IMG/VR virus record: IMGVR_UViG_3300049783_001607
Strand: one strand, 5' to 3'
Length of the DNA: 64,000 nucleotides
Origin: a virus
A program made the position numbers and the translations under genes. Shown one piece after another: positions 35,775 through 45,830 of the stretch (positions within the stretch are counted from its first letter, which is position 1; each line of letters opens with the position of its first letter). The notes beneath the pieces were generated by a model that was given only the letters and a program-made list of their open reading frames with translations, was not told where the DNA came from and did not search any database.

Positions 35775-38633
35775 ATGAAAGTAAAAGCACTTAATGCTAA
35801 AAGTTTCTTTAAAGGATTGGGATCAGGGAATACAAAGCTGTCTGTAAATTCTTTAGTAGAGTTAAATGAACTTATTGGAATGTTTCCATTATTTTATCAA
35901 GAAAATGATTTAGTATGGGTAGCCTCAGAAGCTAACTTTTATATTATTAGTGTTGCTACTGGAGCACCTGTTTATTCTGTATATAATACAGGAGATGGCA
36001 GCGGTAATAATAGTAACGCTGAGATCTCTATTTATTATGGAGGACAGGATGCTATTGCCCTGTTTCAGCAAGGTTATTCAAATAAAAATCCTTCTACTAT
36101 GGGCTATAAGCATGGTGACGGTATTATAGCTTCTGCAACTGTGGGAGCAATAAGCATCTTTGATTTTTATGTAGTAGAAATAGTAGAAGGAGCAGCAGAA
36201 CTATATGATTTTAAAGGTAATATAATGACACCGGGCCTTGTAGGACCTGTAGGACCTCAGGGAGATCCAGGAGCCCCAGGCGCCGACAGTACGATCCCTG
36301 GTCCTCAAGGAGATCCAATGGTCATTGATAAGCAAGGACTTCTTTCTGAATTGAATTCTGAGTGTGGAGATCATCCAGCAGGGTATGCTTTTTTAGCTAC
36401 AGATACAGGGGAACTTTATTTTCAAACTTCACTTTTTGGAGTAACACCATGTACTTGGTCTAATCCAATACCATTTGGTAGAGGGGACAATGGAGCTACA
36501 GCTTATTTAGTATTTAAAAATTCTATTTCACTTCCTACAACTCCTTCTGTAGGTTCTTTAAATGTGCCCGCAGGTTGGACCGATGGGCCTACCCCACTTC
36601 CAGCAGATTCTTTAAGTAAAGTTTGGATGTCTACGACAAATTACGCAGTAAATGTTTCTGGAGCAGCGACTACAACTCCTATATGGTCTGTACCTACTCA
36701 AGTAACTGGAGATCAAGGACTTGACGGACTTGAAGGTAAGTCAGCAGGCTTTTATGTAGTATGGTCGGATTTACTTCTTCCTACTAGGCCCATTTCAGTT
36801 AAACCTCAAGACTTTACAATAGATTTAACTGCAGATACTGATTGGTATGATGATATAGATGCTAATAGCGTTCCTTTATGGATGGCACAAATATCCTATA
36901 ATCCTATTACAGAAGCCTGGTTAGAATGGGGATATACTAAAATGGCAGGGGAAAAGCCTAGCTATAAACTTAACATGTTTACAGTTAGCTCAGCAGAAAC
37001 TGTTGATCCTCCTACAACACTAGTGGCTTACTATCAACCTGATGGATCATTGACTTCAGGTAGTATAGCAGCAGCAGCAACTGCCGGTTGGACAGATGGA
37101 CCTACTCCACCTCCTGCAGGATCTCACATATATCTTACTGAAATAGTTTTAACTGCTTCTGGCGGAGAAGTTAATAATTGGTCTACGCCTATACAAATAG
37201 ACGGGGATGAAGGTCTTGACGGAGATGGCGGAGGTATATGGGTAATTTGGAGCCCTAATTCTATTGATTCAAGGCCTCCAGTACCTTCTCCAGTAGAAAC
37301 TATAATTAATGTAGAAGGAGATTCTTTAGATTTAGACACGGGAAACGATCCTGATTGGATTGATGACGTTGACGAAAGCATTAATGAAAACGGTGATTTT
37401 GTAGATGTTAATTGGATGGCTACATCATACTATAAACCCGCAGCAGGGGGAGGTTTTGAGTGGACTAATTGGCGTGTAGTTAGGGTATCAGGAGAAGCAG
37501 GAGGTGTTGGACCAGCCGGTCTGGAAGCTAGGACTTACTTACCTTCAACAATGTTTACTAGAGGAGATGATTTAGCTATAGGTAATAATGCTGTATTTGC
37601 TTTATATTTATTGCAAAATAGAAATATAAATCCTCCAGGACCCTATTATATTGACGGGGCCGGTGATGACGATGCTGGTGAAATAAACATACATGTAGGA
37701 GGAATAGAGTATAAATTTACAGACGGTATACCTCCTATAACAACTTCTTTTCCTTACAACTCTAAAAAAGTTTGGATGATATCTACAGTATTTAATAGTG
37801 TCGACAATTTCGGCTCTACTACAGAAGCTAATTTTGGTTTTCCTATTATATTGTCAGATACACAAGAAATTAATTATTCTTATCATGGAGGAATAGGAGC
37901 TACTCATACAAGACCTCCATCAGATCCGGGTGACGGAGACGATAATGGATGGTACGACAATCCTACAGATGATACTTATTGGATGGCTACTAAAAGATGG
38001 GCAGAAGGAGTTTCAGCACAATGGGTATGGTGGAGAATTAGAGGTGAAGATGGACAAGACTCTACTCAATCAGTAGAATCAGAACAAGTTTTTAATAGAC
38101 GAACTAAAATTTACTATAATAATTATAATGTAGTTAACCAAGGAGGTTTTCTAGCTTTAATGGATCTCCCTGGAAATTCGGATATACTTGATGCTCTTGG
38201 AAATCCGGAAGTAATTGGAGATTCTGGTTCAGCTTGGACAGACTTTAAAGAAGGACCTACTGTTGTATTACTAGACGATATAGTTAATACACCTTTAAGT
38301 TCGGGTTGGATGATAGTTCATGAAACACATCCACTATTTTCTGGAGGTCCTACTGATCAAGGAGGATGGGAATTTCCTAGCACTATAAATCCCCCTACTA
38401 GAGCTCCTGTAAATTGGGGAGATTTAATATATGGTCAGAATAGATTTACAGCAGGTATCACTGCAAATTTAAATAAATTAAGAAAAATTAGATTTGGAGA
38501 TCTTGCAAAAGTAGTCAGAGCCGATGGATATGAAGTAGACCCGGATTTAATATGGGAAACCGGTGCTGTAGTTAGATATAAAGGGGTTCAAGAAGGCCCA
38601 GAAGATGCTGATCAAGGCTGGGAAGCAGTTTAA
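35775..38633 (+). CDS. Collagen-repeat tail fibre protein
   Basis: GLVGPVGPQGDPGAPG Gly-X-Y run and repeated GWTDGP...VWMS...WS.P..I.G..G.DG modules. Confidence 0.75.
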   Translation: MKVKALNAKSFFKGLGSGNTKLSVNSLVELNELIGMFPLFYQENDLVWVASEANFYIISVATGAPVYSVYNTGDGSGNNSNAEISIYYGGQDAIALFQQGYSNKNPSTMGYKHGDGIIASATVGAISIFDFYVVEIVEGAAELYDFKGNIMTPGLVGPVGPQGDPGAPGADSTIPGPQGDPMVIDKQGLLSELNSECGDHPAGYAFLATDTGELYFQTSLFGVTPCTWSNPIPFGRGDNGATAYLVFKNSISLPTTPSVGSLNVPAGWTDGPTPLPADSLSKVWMSTTNYAVNVSGAATTTPIWSVPTQVTGDQGLDGLEGKSAGFYVVWSDLLLPTRPISVKPQDFTIDLTADTDWYDDIDANSVPLWMAQISYNPITEAWLEWGYTKMAGEKPSYKLNMFTVSSAETVDPPTTLVAYYQPDGSLTSGSIAAAATAGWTDGPTPPPAGSHIYLTEIVLTASGGEVNNWSTPIQIDGDEGLDGDGGGIWVIWSPNSIDSRPPVPSPVETIINVEGDSLDLDTGNDPDWIDDVDESINENGDFVDVNWMATSYYKPAAGGGFEWTNWRVVRVSGEAGGVGPAGLEARTYLPSTMFTRGDDLAIGNNAVFALYLLQNRNINPPGPYYIDGAGDDDAGEINIHVGGIEYKFTDGIPPITTSFPYNSKKVWMISTVFNSVDNFGSTTEANFGFPIILSDTQEINYSYHGGIGATHTRPPSDPGDGDDNGWYDNPTDDTYWMATKRWAEGVSAQWVWWRIRGEDGQDSTQSVESEQVFNRRTKIYYNNYNVVNQGGFLALMDLPGNSDILDALGNPEVIGDSGSAWTDFKEGPTVVLLDDIVNTPLSSGWMIVHETHPLFSGGPTDQGGWEFPSTINPPTRAPVNWGDLIYGQNRFTAGITANLNKLRKIRFGDLAKVVRADGYEVDPDLIWETGAVVRYKGVQEGPEDADQGWEAV

Positions 38634-38649
38634 TTAAATATTATTACAG

Positions 38650-39912
38650 ATGAAAAAAGAAGCCGGTTTACTTTATATTAAAACAAGTATAAAAAAAGTA
38701 GAGAAATTAGAATTGGGAAATCCTTTTGGTAAAGACTATTTTGGCAGTGATTATTATAAAAAGAACGATTTATTTAAAACTCATAATAATATAGATGAGT
38801 ACAGAAGACATGGCGAAAGTTCTGCTTTTACTACTGCTTTAAAACCGGGTGCAAGTACGTTAAAGCAGTCTTTAGTTAATAAAAAAAATAATGCCTCTAA
38901 CTATTCTTTATCTTCAACAAAAGATTTTAATTTTTCAGGTATTGATACTAAATATCCAGGGCTTGTAAAAGCTAAAAATCCAGTTTCAAATTTGGCCGCT
39001 CCTCTTTTAGACACTGAGCTTCTTAGAAATAAAAATTTATCTGGGGACAAGCTTAGTGGTTTAGCCAAAGTAGGTAAAGTAGCTTCAGTTGTAACTCCTT
39101 TACTAGATATGGCAGGAGCGGCTGCTTCTAACGTGTCTGATAACGATGATAGAACTTATACAAGCTCAGAAAAAACTGGAGATATTGTAGGATCTAGCCT
39201 TAAAGGCGCTAGTGTAGGTATAGGAGCTGGAATTTCTGCTGCAGCTCTTTTAGGACAAGCTGTTATACCTGTTCCCATAGTAGGAGCAGCAATTGGAGCG
39301 GGGATCGGGCTTATTGGAGGGCTTATTTCAGGACTGTTCACAAATAAAAAAGAAAAGAAAAAAGCTGCAGCTAATCAATTGGCTTTCAGTATTAAAACAG
39401 CTTCACAAGTTAGTGCAGCTAATAGAAAAGCAAACTCTTACAGAGATTCACAAATTGTAAATGAAGTTTTACCGACGTCGTCTAACGCTCCTGAATTGAC
39501 AGGGTACGCTAAAAACGGAGGTACTTTTCATTGGACGCTACCTAAAAAAACTAACTTGGTTCCAGAAGTTAAAAAAAGCATTTCTTTTAAAAAAGGCGGG
39601 AGTATAAAAGAAACTGAAAATATTATACCAAACGGTGTATTGCACGAAGAAAAAAATAAACTGGGAGATAAAGGAATGCCTGTTGTAAAGTGTAAGAATA
39701 ATTCCTGTAGTAAGCAGTATGAAATAGAAAGAGATGAAATGATCTTGACTTTAAAAACAACTAAAACTATAGAAAAATTATCTGAAGAGGCTAAGTTTAA
39801 AGAGCTTGGTTTATATATTACAAATCAAGTATTACAAAACACACATTCGTTTACAAACAAATATATCGATTTAAATAATTATAAAGAGGCTAATGAAACT
39901 ATACACGCTTAA
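38650..39912 (+). CDS. Cargo/ejection protein with Gly-rich TM hairpin
   Basis: GAGISAAALLG..GAAIGAGIGLIGGLISG segment, KxGG motifs and C-terminal NIIP.G.LH...EIERDE domain. Confidence 0.6.
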   Translation: MKKEAGLLYIKTSIKKVEKLELGNPFGKDYFGSDYYKKNDLFKTHNNIDEYRRHGESSAFTTALKPGASTLKQSLVNKKNNASNYSLSSTKDFNFSGIDTKYPGLVKAKNPVSNLAAPLLDTELLRNKNLSGDKLSGLAKVGKVASVVTPLLDMAGAAASNVSDNDDRTYTSSEKTGDIVGSSLKGASVGIGAGISAAALLGQAVIPVPIVGAAIGAGIGLIGGLISGLFTNKKEKKKAAANQLAFSIKTASQVSAANRKANSYRDSQIVNEVLPTSSNAPELTGYAKNGGTFHWTLPKKTNLVPEVKKSISFKKGGSIKETENIIPNGVLHEEKNKLGDKGMPVVKCKNNSCSKQYEIERDEMILTLKTTKTIEKLSEEAKFKELGLYITNQVLQNTHSFTNKYIDLNNYKEANETIHA

Positions 39913-40642
39913 TATAAAAGAAAGACTATTTAAAGTAGCCGTTATATCTGATTCTGAAGAAATGAAAAAAGGCCTTTCAGGAAAGCCTAAATTAGGTAAA
40001 AATAAAGGTTTATTATTTGACTTTGGTGAAGAGCAATCTGTTACTATGAATATGGTAAAAATGAATTACCCACTAGATATTATATTTATTAACGAAGATA
40101 AAAAAGTTATTGCTGTAAGACCTTTGAATCCTGGAAAAGCTACTACTAAAGTAGATAACGCTAGATTTGTATTAGAAGTAAATAAAGGAATGGGAGTTGG
40201 TTTAATAGGAGAATCTGTAGAATACTCTAAAGAATTATTAGAGGCTATTTATCCTGCTTCTTGTGGATGTGATGAATGTAATAAAAAAGAGGAAAGTCAT
40301 GCTGAAGAAGGGGTTAATATTATTGTAAGAGTATCTACTAGTCCTAAAACTAACGATAAAGTATTTAAAAATGGAGGCTCTTTTAAAAGTGGTGGGTCCT
40401 TTAAAATAATTGAAGATCAAGTAAAAGCTAGAAAATCTGCTATGCAAGTACTGGACGACTCGGGAAAAGTTTTAATGAATATTGATGGAGGTGAACGTAT
40501 ATTTTCTATAGAGCATACAGAGCAATTAGTAGCTTTAGCAAAGCAGGTAGATAGAGGAGAAAAAGATCCTGAGGAGTTAGGTAAGCTTATGAATAAAATA
40601 CTTCATAAACAAGACACTCAAGAACCTCAATATGTGGAATAA
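39893..40642 (+). CDS. DUF192-domain protein with C-terminal cargo-type domain
   Basis: KGL.G...GLLF.F...M.M....PLDIIFI...FVLEVN.G pattern, then FKxGG twice and GGERIFS. Confidence 0.75.
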   Translation: MKLYTLNIKERLFKVAVISDSEEMKKGLSGKPKLGKNKGLLFDFGEEQSVTMNMVKMNYPLDIIFINEDKKVIAVRPLNPGKATTKVDNARFVLEVNKGMGVGLIGESVEYSKELLEAIYPASCGCDECNKKEESHAEEGVNIIVRVSTSPKTNDKVFKNGGSFKSGGSFKIIEDQVKARKSAMQVLDDSGKVLMNIDGGERIFSIEHTEQLVALAKQVDRGEKDPEELGKLMNKILHKQDTQEPQYVE

Positions 40643-40661
40643 ATTGTTAGCTTTGTAATAT

Positions 40662-41771
40662 ATGAATTTAAATCAGTCTAAATATAAAAGTTTAAAGGCT
40701 AAAGTCTTTAATAATAAAAAAGCAGCTTATACTTTTGAGCAGACTTTATCTGCTGTTATGAGACAGTTGTTACCCCCTAATCAAGATTCTAATAAGACTT
40801 CCCAAAGTGCGCCTTTAAAAAATAAAGAAAACCAATCGGAGCAAAATAATAATAATACAGACAAAAGAATGAATGCCTTAGTAGAAAAGCTTTCTGAAAG
40901 CGAGAAAAAAAGTGCTTCGTCTGATAGCAGATATAAAAAACAAATTGAAGGGTTAGGGAAAAGAATTTATGCTGGAGACAAGGAGAACTTAGAGCTGAGT
41001 AACAATCTTAAAAAAGCTATTGAAAATATAAAATCTAAAAAAGTCGAGGATTCAAAAGTTGCTACTGAAGAAAACAAAGAAACTCAGAAAAACTCCGAAA
41101 CTTCGGAAGACGATTTATCTAAAGCAACTATGTTACCATCTAATCCATATACTTTGGGAGATCCTACAGGGCTGTTTGAACCTGCGGATATTAGTAGCCC
41201 GTCGTTACAAAAAGTGGTTGAAAGATCTTTTGCCATAGATGATTATTTTAAAGTAGGTAAATATAAGTATCGAGTTTCAAATACTTTTGGATTACGAAAA
41301 GGCGCTAATGCTGTTACAGGTATAAGTACTAATGCTCATTCAGGAGGAATAGATTTAGTAGGATACAATGAAAAAGGAGAAAATAATAATTCACCTATTT
41401 CACTTACAAATGGTACTATATTAGGAGTTGTTAGAGATGGGGACGGATCTGTAATTAAACCGGAAGAAGGGGCTTTTGGAGGTTATATGATAAGAGTTTT
41501 AATGGACGACGGAAAAATAATGACTTACATGCATTTAGGAAAAGATGTTTGGGATCAAAGAAATAAATTGAGAGGTAAAAAAATAAATAGAGGAGATTTA
41601 TTGTTTGAAGGAAATAATTCGAGTGGATCCGGTTCTCAAACAGCTCCTCATACAAAAGTAAGAGTTTCTTCTAGAGGATTAAATGGAGGTGTGCTTCAAG
41701 ATCACAAAGAACCTATAAATGATCCTACTATATACGCTTTACATGGAGAATATATTGCGCCAGAGGAATAG
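40662..41771 (+). CDS. Coiled-coil plus M23 peptidase-like protein
   Basis: FG.R..HSGGIDL, FGGYM.V, YMHL, I.RGD and SG..TAPHTK. Confidence 0.65.
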   Translation: MNLNQSKYKSLKAKVFNNKKAAYTFEQTLSAVMRQLLPPNQDSNKTSQSAPLKNKENQSEQNNNNTDKRMNALVEKLSESEKKSASSDSRYKKQIEGLGKRIYAGDKENLELSNNLKKAIENIKSKKVEDSKVATEENKETQKNSETSEDDLSKATMLPSNPYTLGDPTGLFEPADISSPSLQKVVERSFAIDDYFKVGKYKYRVSNTFGLRKGANAVTGISTNAHSGGIDLVGYNEKGENNNSPISLTNGTILGVVRDGDGSVIKPEEGAFGGYMIRVLMDDGKIMTYMHLGKDVWDQRNKLRGKKINRGDLLFEGNNSSGSGSQTAPHTKVRVSSRGLNGGVLQDHKEPINDPTIYALHGEYIAPEE

Positions 41772-41836
41772 ATTGAAATAATTATAGTATTATACTATAG
41801 AACAACAAATATTAATAATTTATTACATATATAATT

Positions 41837-42160
41837 ATGAACTACTTAAAAAAGTACGGTACCAAAAAAAGAAGATTTCAAGTAGGAGGTCAAGCGCCTA
41901 TGGATGCTGCGCCTATGGATGCTGCACCAGCAGGTCCTGAAGCAGGAGGTCAAGGTCAAGAAGAGCAGATTATTCAGTTAGCAACAGCCGCTACTCAAGG
42001 AGATCAGCAAGCAGCTGCTCAATTAGGGATGATGATGGCACCAATGATTTTACAAGAAGTCCAAGCAGCAGGAGGTCAAGGTCAAGCACCAGCAGGTCCT
42101 GCAGCAGGAGGTCAACCGGTATTTAAACTAGGTGGTAAGTTTGCAGGGGTTTCTAGATAA
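41837..42160 (+). CDS. Small Q/A/G-rich cargo-like protein
   Basis: Internal DNA repeats, FQVGG and FKLGG motifs, preceded by GTATTATA. Confidence 0.6.
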   Translation: MNYLKKYGTKKRRFQVGGQAPMDAAPMDAAPAGPEAGGQGQEEQIIQLATAATQGDQQAAAQLGMMMAPMILQEVQAAGGQGQAPAGPAAGGQPVFKLGGKFAGVSR

Positions 42161-42269
42161 TAAGGCCTTATAAATACCTACAACCAATCACAAACTTACC
42201 CCTTCTTATCTATCGATGAGGCAGGGGTATCTTTGATTATTTCAATAATTATTTTTTATAATAATATAA

Positions 42270-45200
42270 ATGATAGACAATAACACAAAAACAGGTACAG
42301 ACATTGTAACTCCTCCTACTAAAGATCAGGTAGATGCAGCTTTAACTAATATGCAAAAGTTTGTTAAGCCTAGTATTACTCCTCTAAAAGCATCGGATTA
42401 TTCTACAGAAGAATTTGCAGACATTAATTCTAGAATGTCTGATGACTTAATGATCCAAGCAGACGCAAAAAGAAATGTAGATGTTAATATTGCTTTGCAT
42501 AAACTTATGCTAGAAGTAGATGAAGATGAAGATAAATTTAATCTGGATGTTGATGTTGTAGGAATGAGAGAATCAGTTTATAAATCTGATTATACTGATA
42601 TTGAAAAACAACGTTATGGTAGGGCTATGCAGGTTATTGAAGCCGCATCAGAAAAAAATCTTACTGTAATGAGATCAAAGTCAGGTAGGTATTGGTTTGA
42701 AAGTAAAGAAACTGGTAAACCTGTGTATGCTGTAAATGGTATACTAGAAGTAAAACAATTACTTGATAAATTTGGAGGTTTTTCTGAAGATGGTGATAAT
42801 AATGAAGAAGAACCAAATGGCAAGAAAAAAGAGGGCGCTAAGAAAGTTTTAGATTTAGTAGATATTACTCCTGATAATTATGAAGAAGGGTTAAGTGAAG
42901 CACATAAATATCTTGCGGTGGCGTTTGGAGTAGATTTAGTTTCTTCTTTAGCTGGTGTGGGATTAAAAATGACAGGTGTAGGAGCTCCAATAGGAGGTAC
43001 AGTAAGTGTACTAGGGGGAATTGCAGCTGCGGCATTAAGTACATATAGTGATATTATTAACGACGATGTAACTAATTGGGAAACATTTGCTAATTTAGGT
43101 ATTCGTACTGGCTTTGAACTTTTAGAAACTGCTACAGTTTTGCCTGCTAGTTTACTGTCTGGATTTGTAGGAGCAGGACGATTAGGAAGTGTTATAAAAA
43201 GAACTTTACAATTAGGGATGGCTGCAGGAGTTGTTACTACCGCACAAAACGCGGATTGGACTAGAATACAGGAAAAAATTATATCTGATCCTACAAGTCT
43301 TGGCATAGAAGATTTAGAATCTTTAGCTGTTATGGGCCAATTTATTATAGGATTTGTAGGAAGTTCTGCTTCTAGAGTAAACTACAAAAAAAAGATTAAG
43401 ACTAATACAGCTATAGCAAAAAGCCCTGAAGCCCAAGCTAAAGTTTTAAAACAAGTTATTAAAAAAAATCCTACTAAATTAACCCCTAAATATAAAACAG
43501 AATTAAAAGATAAGTACATAGCTAAGGCAAGTAAAAGTAAGGCTGATATAGAAACACAACGAATTGAAACTAATAAAAAAATAAGGGTCGAATCTGAAAA
43601 AGCTAATATAGAAGCTGATAAAAAAGCTAAAGAAGATCTTGAAAAAACAGAGTCTAGTACTAAAACTGGACAACAAGAGCTAGATTTTTCCCCTAAAAAA
43701 AGTTTTACGCTTGAGCAAGTAAACACTAAACTAATAGCCAAAAAAAAATCTATCGAAGCTAAAAAAACTTTAGAAATAAAGAATTCAGGTGTTAAAGCTA
43801 AAGTAGCACTTACAGCTAATGAAGCTGCTGTAGATAAAAAATTCTCTGACCACATGGATTGGGCAACTAAAAGAGAAACTATTGAAAATAATAAATTAGT
43901 TAAAAATAGAATAGCCGCTGCCAATGACGACGCTAAAAAGTTTGCTGAAGACGTTGAAAAAGATCATGGAAGGATTATAGGTAGGTCATTAAAAAGAGCA
44001 TCTCAAAATAAAGCTTTAGGAAAAGATGCAGCTAAAAAATTAAGGGCCGATGAACAAGCAGCTATAAAAGTACTAAACAAAAAAGCTACTGTTTTAGAGA
44101 CTCTTAAAAAAGAAAAAAAAGAGCTGCAAAAAAAGGGCGATAAGTTTTTAAAATCTGCAGACGGAAAACTTAAATTAAAAGCTAAAAATAAGCAGATAAA
44201 AGATGAAAATTCTAATCTTACTAAAGCTAAAAGATTGGCTAGTTCCGCAGGTAACAAAGCATATTCAGGAACAGGAAAAACTTTAAATGCAGTTCTAGAT
44301 CTTGGTGCAACCCCTTTAAATTTTGTATCTTCGAAAGACTTTTCTAGAACGGCTTCTAAATCTATAATAGCTAATACACGTTCTATTGTTAGAGAGGACA
44401 AAAAAGAAAAATCCGAAGCCGAAGAAAAAATAGCCAGAGAAAAATATGTTAAAGTATTGGAAGATGCTGGATATACAGAAGACATGAGTGTTTATAGTAA
44501 TAAACAATTAAAAGCTGCAGTTGATGCTTTAATAAAAAAAGTAGGTATGGAAAAAAAACAAGGAGGTGGGAGTTTAAGATTAGTACCTAATAACAGCAAT
44601 ATACGTATACCTAAAGCTCAAGTAGGGGGTAGTATGTGGGATAAATTAAGTGAAGCAGGCATGTTTTCAGGTATTAATTTGTTAGGTAGAATAGTTTCTT
44701 GGGTTAAAGGCGCACAGGAAGGATTTGACTATTTGGCAGATAGAAATACCAATATTTTAACTCAATCTGAGGGAGTAGTGCCAGTGCCAGTAGTAGTAAC
44801 ACCATCAGTAGTAACACCATCAGTAACACCATCAGTAACACCAGCAGATCCCCTTAAAAAAAAGACTGTAATTGTAAACAATTATTTAGCTACTATAGAA
44901 GATGAAAAAAAAGAAGAGCTAGATCCTATTCCTCCAAATGATTTTGCAGCTATTGCCGCAATTGAAAAAAAGTATAATGACATAATTGCTGCAGCTAAAA
45001 AATTTGGTGAAAGTAAACCTAATGGTTGGGATATATTAAATGATTCTTTATCTCAAGTTAGACCATCTGATTTTTTTAATAGAAATAGATTGCAGATAGA
45101 AAGACCTAATCAAGAAGATCTGCGAGCTCCAGTACTTTATTCTAGAGGGGATAGAAATATGCCCGGATTTAATGCTGCTAAAAATAGCTTATCTTTAATT

Positions 45201-45746
45201 CCTAGAACTGATACGGCTGATTCATTTAGTGCTAATATGATGAAGAAGGCTTATTTTAACGCCGCACAAAAAAGAAAAATTGAGTTAGTAGGTAGAAATG
45301 CACAGTATGTAGAAAAAGCCAGAGATGAAAAAATAAATATCTATAATCAAAATACAACTGCTGCTGCAAATACAGAGAATGCAAATATTCAAAGACGAAA
45401 TCAAGCTAATGCAAATTATGCTGCCAGTTTAGTTCAAGCTAAAGCACAGTTAGAAACACAAGAAAATAAACGAAAGGGAAGAATATACAATAGCTTGTTA
45501 GAAGGCTCACGTACTGCAACTCTTAAAGCTAGACGTACAAATTTAGGTAATAAGTATAATGAAGCTGCGGCTGCTAAAAATATATGGAATACTGAATTTA
45601 AAGTTCCATTTGACGAAGCTGTAAAAAATGGTAATAGTTTAAAAATTAAAGAACTTAAAGCTAACTTTGTAACTACTACAGGAAGAGATCCCGACGATTT
45701 AGACAAATTTATGCTAGATACTACTGCTCAATATAGAAACTTATAG
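42270..45746 (+). CDS. Ejection/cargo protein with membrane-inserting helices and a Lys-rich region
   Basis: Gly/Ala-rich hydrophobic helices at about aa 215-370, a long K/A-rich coil and VTPS repeats (about 44790-44845). Confidence 0.6.
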   Translation: MIDNNTKTGTDIVTPPTKDQVDAALTNMQKFVKPSITPLKASDYSTEEFADINSRMSDDLMIQADAKRNVDVNIALHKLMLEVDEDEDKFNLDVDVVGMRESVYKSDYTDIEKQRYGRAMQVIEAASEKNLTVMRSKSGRYWFESKETGKPVYAVNGILEVKQLLDKFGGFSEDGDNNEEEPNGKKKEGAKKVLDLVDITPDNYEEGLSEAHKYLAVAFGVDLVSSLAGVGLKMTGVGAPIGGTVSVLGGIAAAALSTYSDIINDDVTNWETFANLGIRTGFELLETATVLPASLLSGFVGAGRLGSVIKRTLQLGMAAGVVTTAQNADWTRIQEKIISDPTSLGIEDLESLAVMGQFIIGFVGSSASRVNYKKKIKTNTAIAKSPEAQAKVLKQVIKKNPTKLTPKYKTELKDKYIAKASKSKADIETQRIETNKKIRVESEKANIEADKKAKEDLEKTESSTKTGQQELDFSPKKSFTLEQVNTKLIAKKKSIEAKKTLEIKNSGVKAKVALTANEAAVDKKFSDHMDWATKRETIENNKLVKNRIAAANDDAKKFAEDVEKDHGRIIGRSLKRASQNKALGKDAAKKLRADEQAAIKVLNKKATVLETLKKEKKELQKKGDKFLKSADGKLKLKAKNKQIKDENSNLTKAKRLASSAGNKAYSGTGKTLNAVLDLGATPLNFVSSKDFSRTASKSIIANTRSIVREDKKEKSEAEEKIAREKYVKVLEDAGYTEDMSVYSNKQLKAAVDALIKKVGMEKKQGGGSLRLVPNNSNIRIPKAQVGGSMWDKLSEAGMFSGINLLGRIVSWVKGAQEGFDYLADRNTNILTQSEGVVPVPVVVTPSVVTPSVTPSVTPADPLKKKTVIVNNYLATIEDEKKEELDPIPPNDFAAIAAIEKKYNDIIAAAKKFGESKPNGWDILNDSLSQVRPSDFFNRNRLQIERPNQEDLRAPVLYSRGDRNMPGFNAAKNSLSLIPRTDTADSFSANMMKKAYFNAAQKRKIELVGRNAQYVEKARDEKINIYNQNTTAAANTENANIQRRNQANANYAASLVQAKAQLETQENKRKGRIYNSLLEGSRTATLKARRTNLGNKYNEAAAAKNIWNTEFKVPFDEAVKNGNSLKIKELKANFVTTTGRDPDDLDKFMLDTTAQYRNL

Positions 45747-45830
45747 TAAAATGTTGTTATAATTTATAGTCATATAGCTATCTTTATGGTTTTAATATTG
45801 TATTATAGTATATAGTAAACACTCTTAAAT

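Noticed and set aside
45750-45800. Possible hairpin after the 1158-aa gene
   Set aside because: Weak AT/GU-rich pairing that cannot be told apart from chance.
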